Shown here piece by piece: positions 12,601 to 24,500 of a stretch of DNA of 64,000 bases. Position numbers and translations under genes: made by a program. The stretch spans positions 19,958,950 to 20,022,949 of the forward strand of contig NC_134029.1 of assembly GCF_964204645.1 (NCBI RefSeq), in the 5' to 3' direction. This DNA comes from Tubulanus polymorphus. Lineage: Eukaryota > Animalia > Nemertea. The notes under the pieces were generated by a model. That model was not told the origin of the DNA. It ran no database searches and saw only the letters and a list, made by a program, of their open reading frames with translations. Each line of letters begins with the position of its first letter. Within the stretch, counting starts at the first letter, position 1.

Positions 12601-15600
12601 TGACGGAAAAGGTATGTTTACTGTATTTGAGATGAATTTGTGAAATTTGTTTTTGAACTGATAAAAATTGTATTGTAATTATTCGTAAATATTGTATTTG
12701 CAGTTGCTGAACGCCCGCAGCACATGTTAATGAGAGTGTCTTTGGGAATTCACGGAGATGATCTTGATGCGGCTATTGAGGTAAAATAACTGTTGTCATT
12801 CAGAATGTGATTAATGTTGAACAGGTTTCATGGGTACAGGGGGTTGTAGCATGTCTGACAAATTCTGAAAATGCTTAAAATTTGGGATAGGCCCTGATAA
12901 TTGCTTAACTTTTCTGGTAAAAATCTGACATTGCTGAAAAGTGTTTACCCTGGCACATTTTGGAGTCTTAAAGAAAACTTTACAAATTTTATTGCGGTCC
13001 ACTGTGTCTTTCGTAGTTTCCAGTAAAGTTTCTTTCATCACAAATCGTCGATTTAGAAAAAATTCCATCTTTGGATTCAGAGAAGAGCTGAAAAGTGTTG
13101 ACTTTCGCCTCAGTCCTGACTGCAACTAAAAACAAATTCTTATATAAAGGACAATGAACATTAGTTCAGTTGGGCAATTATTAATATAATGTTTTTCAAG
13201 ATTCGATAATTGCATTTTCTTGTAGACGTACAACTATATGTCTGAACAGTGGTTCACTCACGCGTCGCCGACGCTGTTCAACGCCGGGACGAACCGGCCG
13301 CAGCTATCGAGCTGTTTCCTGTTGGCGATGTCCAGCGACAGTATCGAAGGCATCTACGATACGTTGAAACAATGCGCGGTCATCTCGAAATCGGCAGGCG
13401 GAATCGGTTTGAACATTCACAATATTCGCGCCAACGGAAGCTATATCGCTGGCGTACGTATTCTGTATTTAGAGAAATTTCCCTGCCTAAGACAGTAATG
13501 AATCATTATCGAAATTAAACATCTTGGCGTTCTTTATTTCCAGACTAATGGAACATCGAATGGTTTGTTACCAATGTTACGAGTATTCAATAATACGGCG
13601 AGATATGTCGATCAAGGAGGCAATAAGGTAATAAGCTTTTTCTTTTCTTAACTTTTTCTGGATTTTCTTTTTTCAACCTAAAACTGCTGGAAAAGGTCAT
13701 CACTGTAGGTAGGTTGAGTATATTTAACCCTTTCAGTGCTGACTAGTTATTACCCTATAGTGCTAGAGATAATTTGAAAATTTGAAAAAATTCCACCCTA
13801 GCGTGTTGAATAACGGGAATACCACTATAGTGCGTCTACACCGCGGCGCGGTGTATCGTTAGTTACTAATATTTCACTATGTCTGACAAGTGCTGCCATT
13901 TTTCAAGAGAGATAATTACTAATTACATCAATACACTGCAGTGCGGTATATGAGCAAAATCCAGCACTGATATATACACCGCACTGCGATGTAGACGCAC
14001 TGAAAGGGTTAATGCTTGAAATGTATCTTGCATGATGTGGTTGGAAAAATTGATAATTTGTAGATGGCGCTAAGTATATTAGTAAATAACAGATATGTCT
14101 CCCATTTTGTTTGTCGTTTCAGCGTCCCGGAGCGTTCGCCGTGTACGTCGAACCGTGGCACGCGGACGTCTTCGATTTCCTCGACGCGCGTAAGAACACC
14201 GGTAAAGAAGAACAACGTGCCCGCGATTTATTCTACGCGTTGTGGGTGCCGGATTTATTTATGAAGCGAGTGGAAAACAACGACATCTGGACGTTGATGT
14301 GTCCTCACGAGTGTCCCGGTTTACACGAGGTCTGGGGAGAAGAGTTCGAGAAGCTCTACGAACAGTAAGTGCTTCATTCTATGTTGATCTTCACTAGATA
14401 TTTACCAGAAATCAAGTTGAGCTTGTATCAATGACTTCCAGTTCGATATTGATTGCATTCTTATTTCATTCCTCCCCCTAGCAGCTATGGACAAGGTTAG
14501 TTTCAAGTTCAGGGTGTCTTAATTCCCCATATGGGTTAGATTGTTATGTGTTAACCAAGACGATTCAGAGCCATGAACCCAGGTGACTGATGGCTAACAA
14601 CTGGGCTAACAACTACCCATCAAGACTAAACAATCTCTATATCCTGCAGAAAAAAAGCTGTACGCATAATAAATAAGAAACATTTCCTAGAGCATTCAGG
14701 ACCATTATTCTGACTTAATTGATTGGATTGTTAGCAGATCAAGTCTGGGAAAAAACGTACATAGGGAATAGTCGAAAAAGCAATTCAAGTGAAAAAAGTG
14801 GCCACCCTGTTTGATGAAGCCAATATTGTTGTCAGTATTCAGAGTCATGAGCAATTTGATGGCCCCAAATGAGTTACAAATTGGATGGGGGAAGGGTGAT
14901 ATTCAGAACGAACACTTTCGAGCAAACAAGAAATCATTGGTATTTCGTTTTTGAATTATAGATATGAACGCGAAGGCAAGGGTCGAAAAACAATCAAAGC
15001 TCAGTCTTTATGGTACGCGATCATTGAGTCACAGACCGAGACCGGTACGCCGTACATGCTGTATAAGGACGCATGTAATAGCAAATCCAACCAACAGAAT
15101 CTCGGAACGATTAAATGCAGTAATTTATGCACGGAAATTGTCGAATACACGTCTGCTGATGAGGTAAATGAATATTTCCGATATCGCAAATGTTTGAAAA
15201 TAAAGAATTCTCCTCTGTGAAATTTAAAGATGATTTAGAAACGTCTTAATATGCTTGCATCGCATTCAGGAAAATCAGCCAGGACCCTTTTCCACAGTTG
15301 TGAGTTGAGATTGAGTTAAGATTTGACGATCAACTCATTGAAAATGATCAAATTTTAACTCAAGAGTCAACTCTAACTCATAACGATGGAACTCAAGTTT
15401 TTCCTTGTCAATTTTCATGTTAATAGGCAAAACTTGGGGAATTTAAATTTTTGGCGTCCTGTTGTTTGTGCTGGTGATGAGTGGCACAATAAAGGTCTTG
15501 ATAAGAAACTGTGCCCATTGTATTTATTTCATCAGGGTGTGGTGGGTTTGTAAGGGACCCGAATCAAAACAAATAGACCAAATCTATCAGTCAAATAACA

Positions 15601-18600
15601 GGGTCAATCCCCTATTTTAAGATCAAAAAGGGAATAATTTACATAAACGAAAATATTGACAGATAAATTCTTGAATTGTAGGTCGCCGTTTGTAACCTAG
15701 CGTCAATCGCCTTACCGCACTTCGTCAATCGAGAAACTCATCAATTCGATTTCGTCAAGCTGATCGAAGTGACGAAGGTCATCACGAAAAATCTCAACAA
15801 AATCATCGAGGTGAACTTCTATCCGGTGCCGGAGGCGCGTCGTTCGAACATGCGACACCGGCCGATCGGTATCGGAGTTCAAGGTCTCGCCGACGCGTTC
15901 ATTCTGATGCGATTGCCATTCGCCAGCGAGGAAGCGCAAGAGTTGAACAAACAGATCTTCGAAACGATTTACTACGCGGCGTTGCAGGCTAGTTGCGAAC
16001 TAGCGCGGGAGTTAGGCCCGTACGAGACGTATCCCGGCTCGCCAGTCAGTAACGGGGTAAGATATGTTTTGATGTGGAAAACAGGGTGGCCGCACTGACC
16101 CCTGAAACTCAGGAACCAGTTCTACAGTTGTGAGTTAAGATTTAACTCCAGAGACAACCCATTGAAAATGATCTACTTTTAACTCACAACTGTAGAACTG
16201 GTTCCTGAGTTTCAGGGAATCAGAGAAAAAAACTCGGGGAATTCAGCAAATTTTACCAAAAACTTGGAAAATTGATGAAATTCGGATAATGCTATTGACC
16301 GCGCATTTCTTTATCAATGCGTGAACCAACGAAAAATGAGTGAATGGTAACATTTTACACCTAGAAATTTCTATTGATTCACTGTTATGTGGGAATTTTG
16401 TGTAATAACATCGAAAACTCGAATGATTTGGGGGCAAAGTGGTCACCCTGTTCTATTTTGATGTGTTTCTTGAGCATTCGATGTATCTCCGTTTCTATAA
16501 CTAGCTTATATATATACCTGAAAATATGTTCCTTACAATTCTACTCGGAAAACAACCATTGATTGATGCTTAGCATATAAAAGACTGATCAGACATGTAG
16601 TTTGAATTCATAATTGCTCCGTAATGATAATTTATACGTCTAATTGCGCTGTTACAGATTTTACAGTATGATATGTGGAATGTGACGCCTTCTAATCTTC
16701 ATGATTGGGCCGCACTGAAAGCTGAAATTTCGAAGTAAGTACCGGCAGTTTTAATCGTAATATCGAGTTACCGATTGGGTCATTTCAACCACTTTGGTGT
16801 ATGAAAAGGGTTTCCGCAACAATGGACCGGTTGCTCCTCGAGAGTTGTTACACCTGTCTAGTGAGCACGATTGTCTGCGCTGAAGTCTTCGTAAATTCAG
16901 ACCTTTGAGTTGCCTGCGTTGTTTTGAGTAGTTAAGTTTAGACTATCATAGAAACATCTGGCAACTTGATACATTCGTTAAACCATATCGGCATAATCTC
17001 TAGATTTCGAACTTACCAGGCACTCATGGACTTAATCGTCCGTATTTATAATACAATTATAAACTGAGGTTTTTTAATTAATTCGTTGCACTCGCAGGTA
17101 CGGCGTACGAAATAGTCTACTGATCGCGCCGATGCCAACGGCTTCGACCGCGCAGATTCTCGGAAATAACGAATCGTTTGAACCGTACACGAGTAACATC
17201 TACACCAGACGCGTGCTGTCTGGAGAATTCCAGGTAAAACGAGAAATATTGATCGTAAATCCGTGCGGATTGCCCCCCTATCCATTCAAAAACATGTTAA
17301 AATCAGATAAATGAAAAATCAATCTTTTTGGGGGGGCAGTTGCAAAGTTAAACAATGTTTTATCGTAAACCGAGGCTATGCTTGAGATGATGGTGTTTTA
17401 ACATTGTTTAACTGAAATAATGTTAGGGCAACTGGTCTTGGGTCAGATCTAAGCGCTTGTCCGAAAACTTTTTTCCTAATTGATACAGCAGATGATAGAC
17501 AAGTAGATTTTTGAGGGGGCGCAGTGAAATTTCAGATATGCTTTCCCCGAGGGCGAGTGGCTTTTATTCTTAAGATCGGACCCTGTGGCCCCAAGAGTCT
17601 TGAGATGATAAAGCTATGCTATGGTACTTAGATTACTATTCAAGTTGTATTGATTTCAGCAATTGAATATTGTTATTGGCATCCAGTTTACTGTACTTTT
17701 TACGTTGGTGTTTTGAAAACTGTCGTTGATATTTTTAGATCGTAAATCAACATCTATTGCGTGATTTGACGGAACTCGGGGTCTGGAACATGGACTTGAA
17801 GAATCAGATCATGGCCAACAACGGCTCCATACAGAACATCGATTGCATTCCAGCCGACATCAAGGCCTTGTACAAAACGGTGTGGGAAATCTCGCAGAAG
17901 ACTATCCTCAAGATGGCCGCCGATCGCGGGGCGTTCATCGACCAGAGTCAGTCGCTGAACGTGCACATCGCGCAACCGAACTACGGAAAGTTAACGAGCA
18001 TGCATTTCTACGCCTGGAAACTTGTAAGTTCAGAAAAGTTGTCACGTTTGCGGTATTTATCGCTGATTTTCTGTATATCTTACTCGTCTATAAGAAAAAA
18101 ATACTGATTTGATTCGTTTGATGTTTGACAAATTACAAGAGTATTACCAAGGGAGTTGCCCTTGAATATGGATTTATTTTTTAAATGTTTGTATATCAAA
18201 TGGAAATTTCTCCTGAAAACGTTTGAAATTGTTCCTAAAAGCACTGAAGCAGATACTGCGAGCCTTCGGGGACGGATCTACAGTGTCTAGACAGTAGTTT
18301 TTGCCAATGGCAAGAAAAGGGGACATATTAATGAATGTGGAAATGGTGTACTGATGGTTCAATAAGGCAAAGAGAAGGGTTTAGTTGGTTCCTCTCCCAG
18401 ACAATCTTATGTCTTATTTGTCGCATTATGTGGGTTTTAGTCTTTGCTGATTTCAGAGTGCTCATGGCTCTATTTATTGAAGAGCATTCAAATATCTAAG
18501 CCCATGATGACGTATACATGGCAGCCTTGTTTCCCGGATGATAACAATATTCATCGAAATGAATTAACAATTTCGTTACAGGGTCTGAAGACGGGCATGT

Positions 18601-18764
18601 ACTATTTGCGTACGAAGGCCGCGGCGAGCGCCGTTCAGTTTACCGTCGACAAAACCAAGTTGAAGAACGCGAACATGACCGTGAAAGAGGAAAAGGAACT
18701 GAACGAAGCAGCAATGGCGTGCTCGTTAGAGAACCGTGAAGCGTGCACGATGTGCAGCGCGTAG
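9683..18764 (+). CDS. RRM1: Ribonucleoside-diphosphate reductase large subunit, 16 exons, 791 aa
   Basis: Exons 9683-9701, 10375-10463, 10751-10928, 11668-11768, 12292-12351, 12572-12611, 12704-12780, 13226-13453, 13544-13627, 14123-14364, 14962-15163, 15682-16056, 16658-16734, 17098-17233, 17739-18023, 18582-18764 (2376 nt, all GT-AG, in frame). MHVIKRDG start, [32 protein letters not shown], terminal CxxC (CTMC). Confidence 0.97.
13728..14008. mobile_element. piggyBac-type MITE (TTAA TSD)
   Basis: TTAA-CCCTTTCAGTGC ... GCACTGAAAGGG-TTAA; related copies at 30930-31216 and ~60548-60812. Confidence 0.85.
16081..16451. mobile_element. CAGGGTGGCC-terminated MITE carrying a nested hairpin MITE (16100-16217)
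   Basis: ACAGGGTGGCC ... GGTCACCCTGT termini (related ends at ~14799 and ~41788); nested 39-bp perfect inverted repeat with a diverged relative at ~15280-15395. Confidence 0.6.
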
Positions 18765-19328
18765 AGCTCCACCTCGAACCGACGAATTACCGCATTTACT
18801 AAAGCGCGTAGTCACTTTTTAGTGCTGTCTGATGTTACCGAACATTCTAAATCTTGTTTATAATTTATAGATCAAATCTGTACGCAAAAATACCAATACA
18901 TAGTACATGTATGCGTTCTTAATAAGAATATATATAGAATATATTATTCATGCCAGCTATTTTCACTGCCAGTTATTTGTATGATATTTACACTCCATCA
19001 CTTGCCGATATGTGTTCTATGTAATTATATCACTTGTAATTTCTTCGCATTTACCTAGCAATTTTATGCCTAGTTACTTAGAAGACAAAAGGCAGTATAT
19101 ATTTTTCATAAACGGAGATTATATTGAAATTATTAATATTCATTATTCGTAAATTTTCACTGCCACTCCTAAATAGGAAATAGCTCCACTCATTGTATGC
19201 ATGTTCTATGTGTTAACGTCTATAGATTTGTTAGGTACTGTAATCAATTCAATGGGAATGCTTGAGTTTGCAGATCTTTACAGATTCATGCTGAACATTT
19301 TCTTGAATGATACGATGAACTATACCCG

Positions 19329-19758
19329 CCGATGAATCTGTTCCAACTTGGTAAACTAATTCCAGAGGTTGTTAGACTTGTTACTAAGGGGCCAGTTTAA
19401 TCTGCAATTGTGTAGCCAATGAATCCATTCCAAGTTTATGAACTTATTCCAGAATTGTTTACTTGTTACTGAGGGGCCAGTTTAATCTGCAATTGTGTAG
19501 CCAATGAATCTATTCCAACTTTATGAACTTATTCCAGAGGTTGTTGACTTGTTACTGAGGGGCCAGTTTAATCTGCAATTGTGTAGCCAATGAATCTATT
19601 CAAACTTTATGAACTTATTCCAGAGGTTTTGACTTGTTACTGAGGGGCCAGTTTAATCTGCAATTGTGTAGCCAATGAATCCGTTCCAACTTGGTATACT
19701 TATTCCTGAGGTTGTTTGACTTGTTACTGAGGGGCCAGTTTAATCTCCAATTGTGTAA
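19329..19758 (+). repeat. 85-86 bp minisatellite, ~5 copies, in probable RRM1 3' UTR
   Basis: Unit CCAATGAATCTATTCCAACTTTATGAACTTATTCCAGAGGTTGTTGACTTGTTACTGAGGGGCCAGTTTAATCTGCAATTGTGTAG restarts at 19416, 19501, 19587, 19672; AATAAA at 20161. Confidence 0.9.
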
Positions 19759-21094
19759 CTGTATCCAGACAGTCTGGAACTGTGACTTCTTGATTCCTAC
19801 AAAACGCTAAATGTGTGCTTTAAACTCATTTGAACAAAAAGCTCAAAACTCCTTCAATTTTTAGATATAGATAATCGGACATTTTTGTCTGGTTTGTACT
19901 GGGCGAATGTAAATCATGAACTTATAATACTGTTTTTACTTCGAGACATAAATCTATGTGACTAGGTTGATAGTGTGCATGGTATTATTGGTGATATTAA
20001 TTTGTAATGCATTTAAAAACAGCCTGTAGCAACCGTTTTTCAAGCTTGAGTTCTTGAAATCACAGTACATGTATTGGAAACCAGGGGTCTTGCATCGATT
20101 GTATTTTCATGACTGACAAATACAGTCGCTATGTTAACTTTTTTTTTACAAATCTGTAAAAATAAAATTATCACTTCTTTATACATGGATGTGTTGAGGT
20201 ATTAATTTTTTTGGAAGAATTGGAGGCCTCATACCTGACGAATGCTACAGGAAATGTTTGGCTCAACATTGAAAGGTTTTTCCGTGCAGCACAATCCGTG
20301 TGGCATGAGGCATCTCTGTAGAGGTTTCCACAGGATCAGAAGAGAAGAGGTTTTAAGGTTAGAATCGTGTCTACCCGGTTGTAGTACAGATTTAGCGACT
20401 TGGCCGAGTTCCCAATATACTTGGCGTCAGAGCTGAAATGCATTACTAATAGCTTTTATCATTTGAATTTATTAGTAATTGCACTGTTATTTTTATTGCC
20501 GTAAAAATCGTAGCGTATAGGAAAGTCGTTGAAATTTGGCGTGAAATTCCGGAAATAATTTGCTCTTCGCGGTTTGATAATCATATCACGAACTCTGATT
20601 AATCAATACAGGTTCAATGACGGCACGAGGCGGAACTCGGAAGTGGTCGTCGCTTTATCTAGACATCTAGGTGACTTGTTTCCATTCGTATACCGAAAAA
20701 TAAAAGTTATTTTTAGCTCGAAATTTCTATATTTAGCTCGGGCCTGAAAATGTAACTAATTTCATTAATTAAGAAATATAATCTTTTTATGGGTACGCTT
20801 GAACTTTGCCTTCCGTTTAGGTAGGAATTCGTTCAACATTACAGGGATAAGTTAACCCCTAATTAGAAAAAAGACTAGAATTTTCTATTTCAATATATGG
20901 ATTTGGTCAGCTTGCCTGGTAGTATGAATAAGTGAATATCGGCAATAACAACATTTTGGATAGTTTTCTTGATTTTGTAAGTTGTCGCCGTTTCGCGCGC
21001 TTTGCTATTGCGTAATACGACGCGCGCGGAGTTCTATGCTGCGGGGAATCCCGGAGTATTGATTTGTTTTGCCACGCGATTTACCCGCGCTTAT

Positions 21095-21250
21095 ATTGCG
21101 ACCAATCAAAGGTTGCGTAACTGAACGCAGCCAATCAACAGGCGTGTAACAACGGCTGTCACAATAGACGCGAATGTGTAGCCGCTGAATGCGCGTTGAT
21201 GATTGAGTCATCCGCGTTTTGTTTTGCAACTAAACTGCTTCATAAAAGGT
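21095..21250 (+). promoter_or_regulatory. Likely proximal promoter of the Bax-like gene (two CCAAT boxes, AP-1 site, TATA-like element)
   Basis: ACCAATCA ~21102, GCCAATCA ~21130, TGAGTCA ~21204, CATAAAAG 21241 in a CpG-rich stretch ~330-470 bp upstream of the ATG. Confidence 0.45.
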
Positions 21251-21571
21251 GCAGGTGTCATTGGCACGGATTCATATTGTTCAGGAGCTATCGTAGAACG
21301 TGTTCAAACACGAACAGCTAAGTGTCACGACGATTTGACGAGAATAATTGAAGTAGAATCATAACTGTTTTGGTCATCAACCAGTGACTAGCATACATAC
21401 ATGCAAGGCTGTTGTTAATACGAAGCACGCAGCTCTCTAGTTTTGCACTGTGTCAACTTATTCTCTGGTGTGATGTGTTTTTCTGAACGGCTCAAACGTT
21501 TTTCTTTTGCTACAGCGAGAAACTGAGTGCATATTTACGTAAGATCCTTCTGCAAATTTGTGACGAATAAT

Positions 21572-24500
21572 ATGGCGACAGCGGCGCAAGCTTGTCAGTG
21601 TTGCGCGACGACGGGAACGAACAATTGCGGTCTCAGACAACGTAGGCTTTCGGCGCATAGTTTACCCTTGCTCGAAATGCCGGGCAGCGTTAACGCGCCC
21701 GCCACACATGTCGTTTATCAAGGGGGTGACATGAATAACGTCGAAGTGGAAGGACGAGAACTATTCGGAAATTTTCTACGCGAGGAAATAAATCGCGAAA
21801 GACTTCCCGGCGATGTCGATGTGGAGCAGTGTATTATGGATACGCCAATTTGTAGGTAAGTTAAAAAAAAACGTTTTTTGATTTCATCTTTCAGGGCAAA
21901 TTCAAGCCTATTGAATGCTTGTCATTGTTGAATGTTGGAATGCTCGGAATGTTTACCGAAGGTGGTCTGCTCAGGCGCGAATCCAAGGGATGAACGCTTG
22001 TAATGAGAGGAATCCCGTAATAAATTCAGCCAAAAATGATAACTACTTGAATAGAAGAGTATATATTTCGAGCAACGTTTCAGCTAAATGCTATTAGCCA
22101 TCATCAGGCGTACTGAGGACAAAATGAAATAACAGAATATTTAAACAAGGATTCCTCTTGTTATTCATCACACACGCATATTGTGTATCTTCTCGTCTCA
22201 TGAACACTTGTATAGGCTCCTAATTATTTGTAGGTCAATCAAAGTAGTGTGTTTTTCGAATGCGTCTTTATTTTCCTAAATTGTCCTTGGAGGGAGACCT
22301 TTCGCAAGAGAAGTTTCTATATTGATAAGACTAAAAGAAAACTATTTGAAAATTAAAAGAATTCTAAAATCGAGAATTTATTTATTGAAACAATCTAGAA
22401 TATAAGAACACGAGGTTTCGATCTCACACTAGAGATTTCTATATTCTCTAGTCGGTAAAGAGTGCCTCAGGCAACCACTCAACCTTAGGCGAGCCCACTT
22501 ACAAGTTAATAATCATCGGTTCATATAGCACCTTCATCATTAATTGATGATGATCTAATAAACTAAAACCGGATGATCTAATATCGCACTTGACATATGT
22601 CACATCCATTGAACAGATGTTTGAACTGCAGGTGCTAGACCGGCATCATTGAGAGAATGTGAGTTGATTTTAAAATCATTAATTAGCGCTTAATTGCATC
22701 ATGTGGTCATACGTGTCATTTAGCAGGTGTCTTGGTGTTATATACCTGGTGTCTTATCGATTAGCTATCAGTGACATTTGTAATCTATCGGACACCTGTA
22801 GTTTCTTACCATCTGTCGGTAAGATAAAAGGTTGAAATGTTGCGCTACCGATTTATCATTTGTAAGATCAGATATTTAGAAACGTCTCTGATTCACTCAT
22901 TGGATTGGGGAATTTTGTGCAATCGCGTGGAAAAATCAGTATTTAGAAAGATGTGATTAAGCGGGTTCGATTGTTAAAGGGGGCGATCAAAGGGTAGGTG
23001 CAGGGGGTGCAAAGATGTCAACATGCCTGAGATTTTACGAGAAAATTAAAAACATTGAAGTTGTTACCTAAAAAGAGTTTAAATTCATAAGCTCGTTCTT
23101 CGTAGTTCCAAAGATGAGTTGTTTTCTGGTGAGTTTTCTTTTTGGGTGCTCTTTTATGTCCTATTTTGGGGGTGCACCCCTCCTGAATTGGACCCTAGAT
23201 GCGCCCCTGCAGTTTCAATGACTTAATTTTAATTCGTAATGCGGAATGATACCGTTGAATTTGAAAAACGGGCATTTTAGGAAATTAGATTTATAAATAT
23301 CCGTAATTGGTCGGTCGGTGTAATGTGTTTAGCCGGTGATTTCGGTGCGAGAGTATCTCCTCGCATTAACGCGTGAATCATCATAAATAATTTCGACCGA
23401 GAGGAGAGTGAGAGAATGTCTGGTTTCTGCCGGCGCTGTGGCGCACGTATAGGTTATAGGATGATTGCAGTAAAACATGTAAACAAAGGAACAGGTTGAC
23501 GGTTCCCGTGCAGCACAGTAGAACCGCTCGAGCTCCGGCGTAATCTATTTATAACCGTGCAGTCATGTGCGCGCATCAACAGATCAATTTATTATGCGTG
23601 TTGCGAAAAAAAAAGTGGCGGCGCTTATTTTCTAGGCATGCTACTGGAAGTGACGCGACATCAAAGGTGCTGCTTTTATCACGTGTGAAATGTTCGTTCT
23701 TCAGGTGGGACTTCAGCTACTATCACGTGATTGTTTGGGTGCACCACGCGCCGAGTCCCTCGTTGAACCAGGTACCCCGGGATATGATTCAAACCATGGA
23801 ATTTTTAAAAAATTTCATAATAATTATAATATCGAATTCTAAAATGTGTTATGAAACTGGCAGTGCCTACCGATGAGTATATGCAACATAATGCTTATTT
23901 TTGTAAATTTTCTGCAATCGCAACAAATCGAATCGATTGAACAATCGTCATTCTAGGAAATTGTAAGGACCAGGAACTATCTTTGCAACGTAAGAGGACG
24001 ATTATGAGATCTTCTATTTCGATAGGTTGTGTCTCAAAACACTTGAGTTTAGAAATATCTTTCATCCACTTTTGGTTCCGACTGTGTTAATTCCGAAAAT
24101 ACCGGGTAGATCGTCCAATTAAACAGCTTTGAAGCAATTCATAGGACATTTTGCAGCAACATGTGGCAGCATCTCAGCCGGTCCTCACCAAAACCGCAAT
24201 TGTTATCTTCATTCGTCATAATTCGTATTGCAACTCTCTTTGTGATGATCGCAGCGGGCAACCACTTGGATTCAATCGAACAGGTGCCGAGGTTTAGAAT
24301 TACGCCACCGGCCGAACCCTTCTACTGACGCAATTTGAGATGAATAAAGGCTGTACGTGTTTACAAAACCGTGATATCGCGCCCGTCTCTGTAATATCTG
24401 TTGGGGGAGGGGGCGCTTTTCTCGCACAATACACGCGGCGCCTTCGGACAATTGACCGCGTTGTACGGATCGAAGTCAATTTCATAACGAGTACTTTGAG

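Noticed and set aside
17251-17262. GATCGTAAATC (IVNP in frame) at the start of RRM1 intron 14 matching the start of exon 15
   Set aside because: Only 11 nt, no AG acceptor before it and no further similarity; cannot be distinguished from chance.
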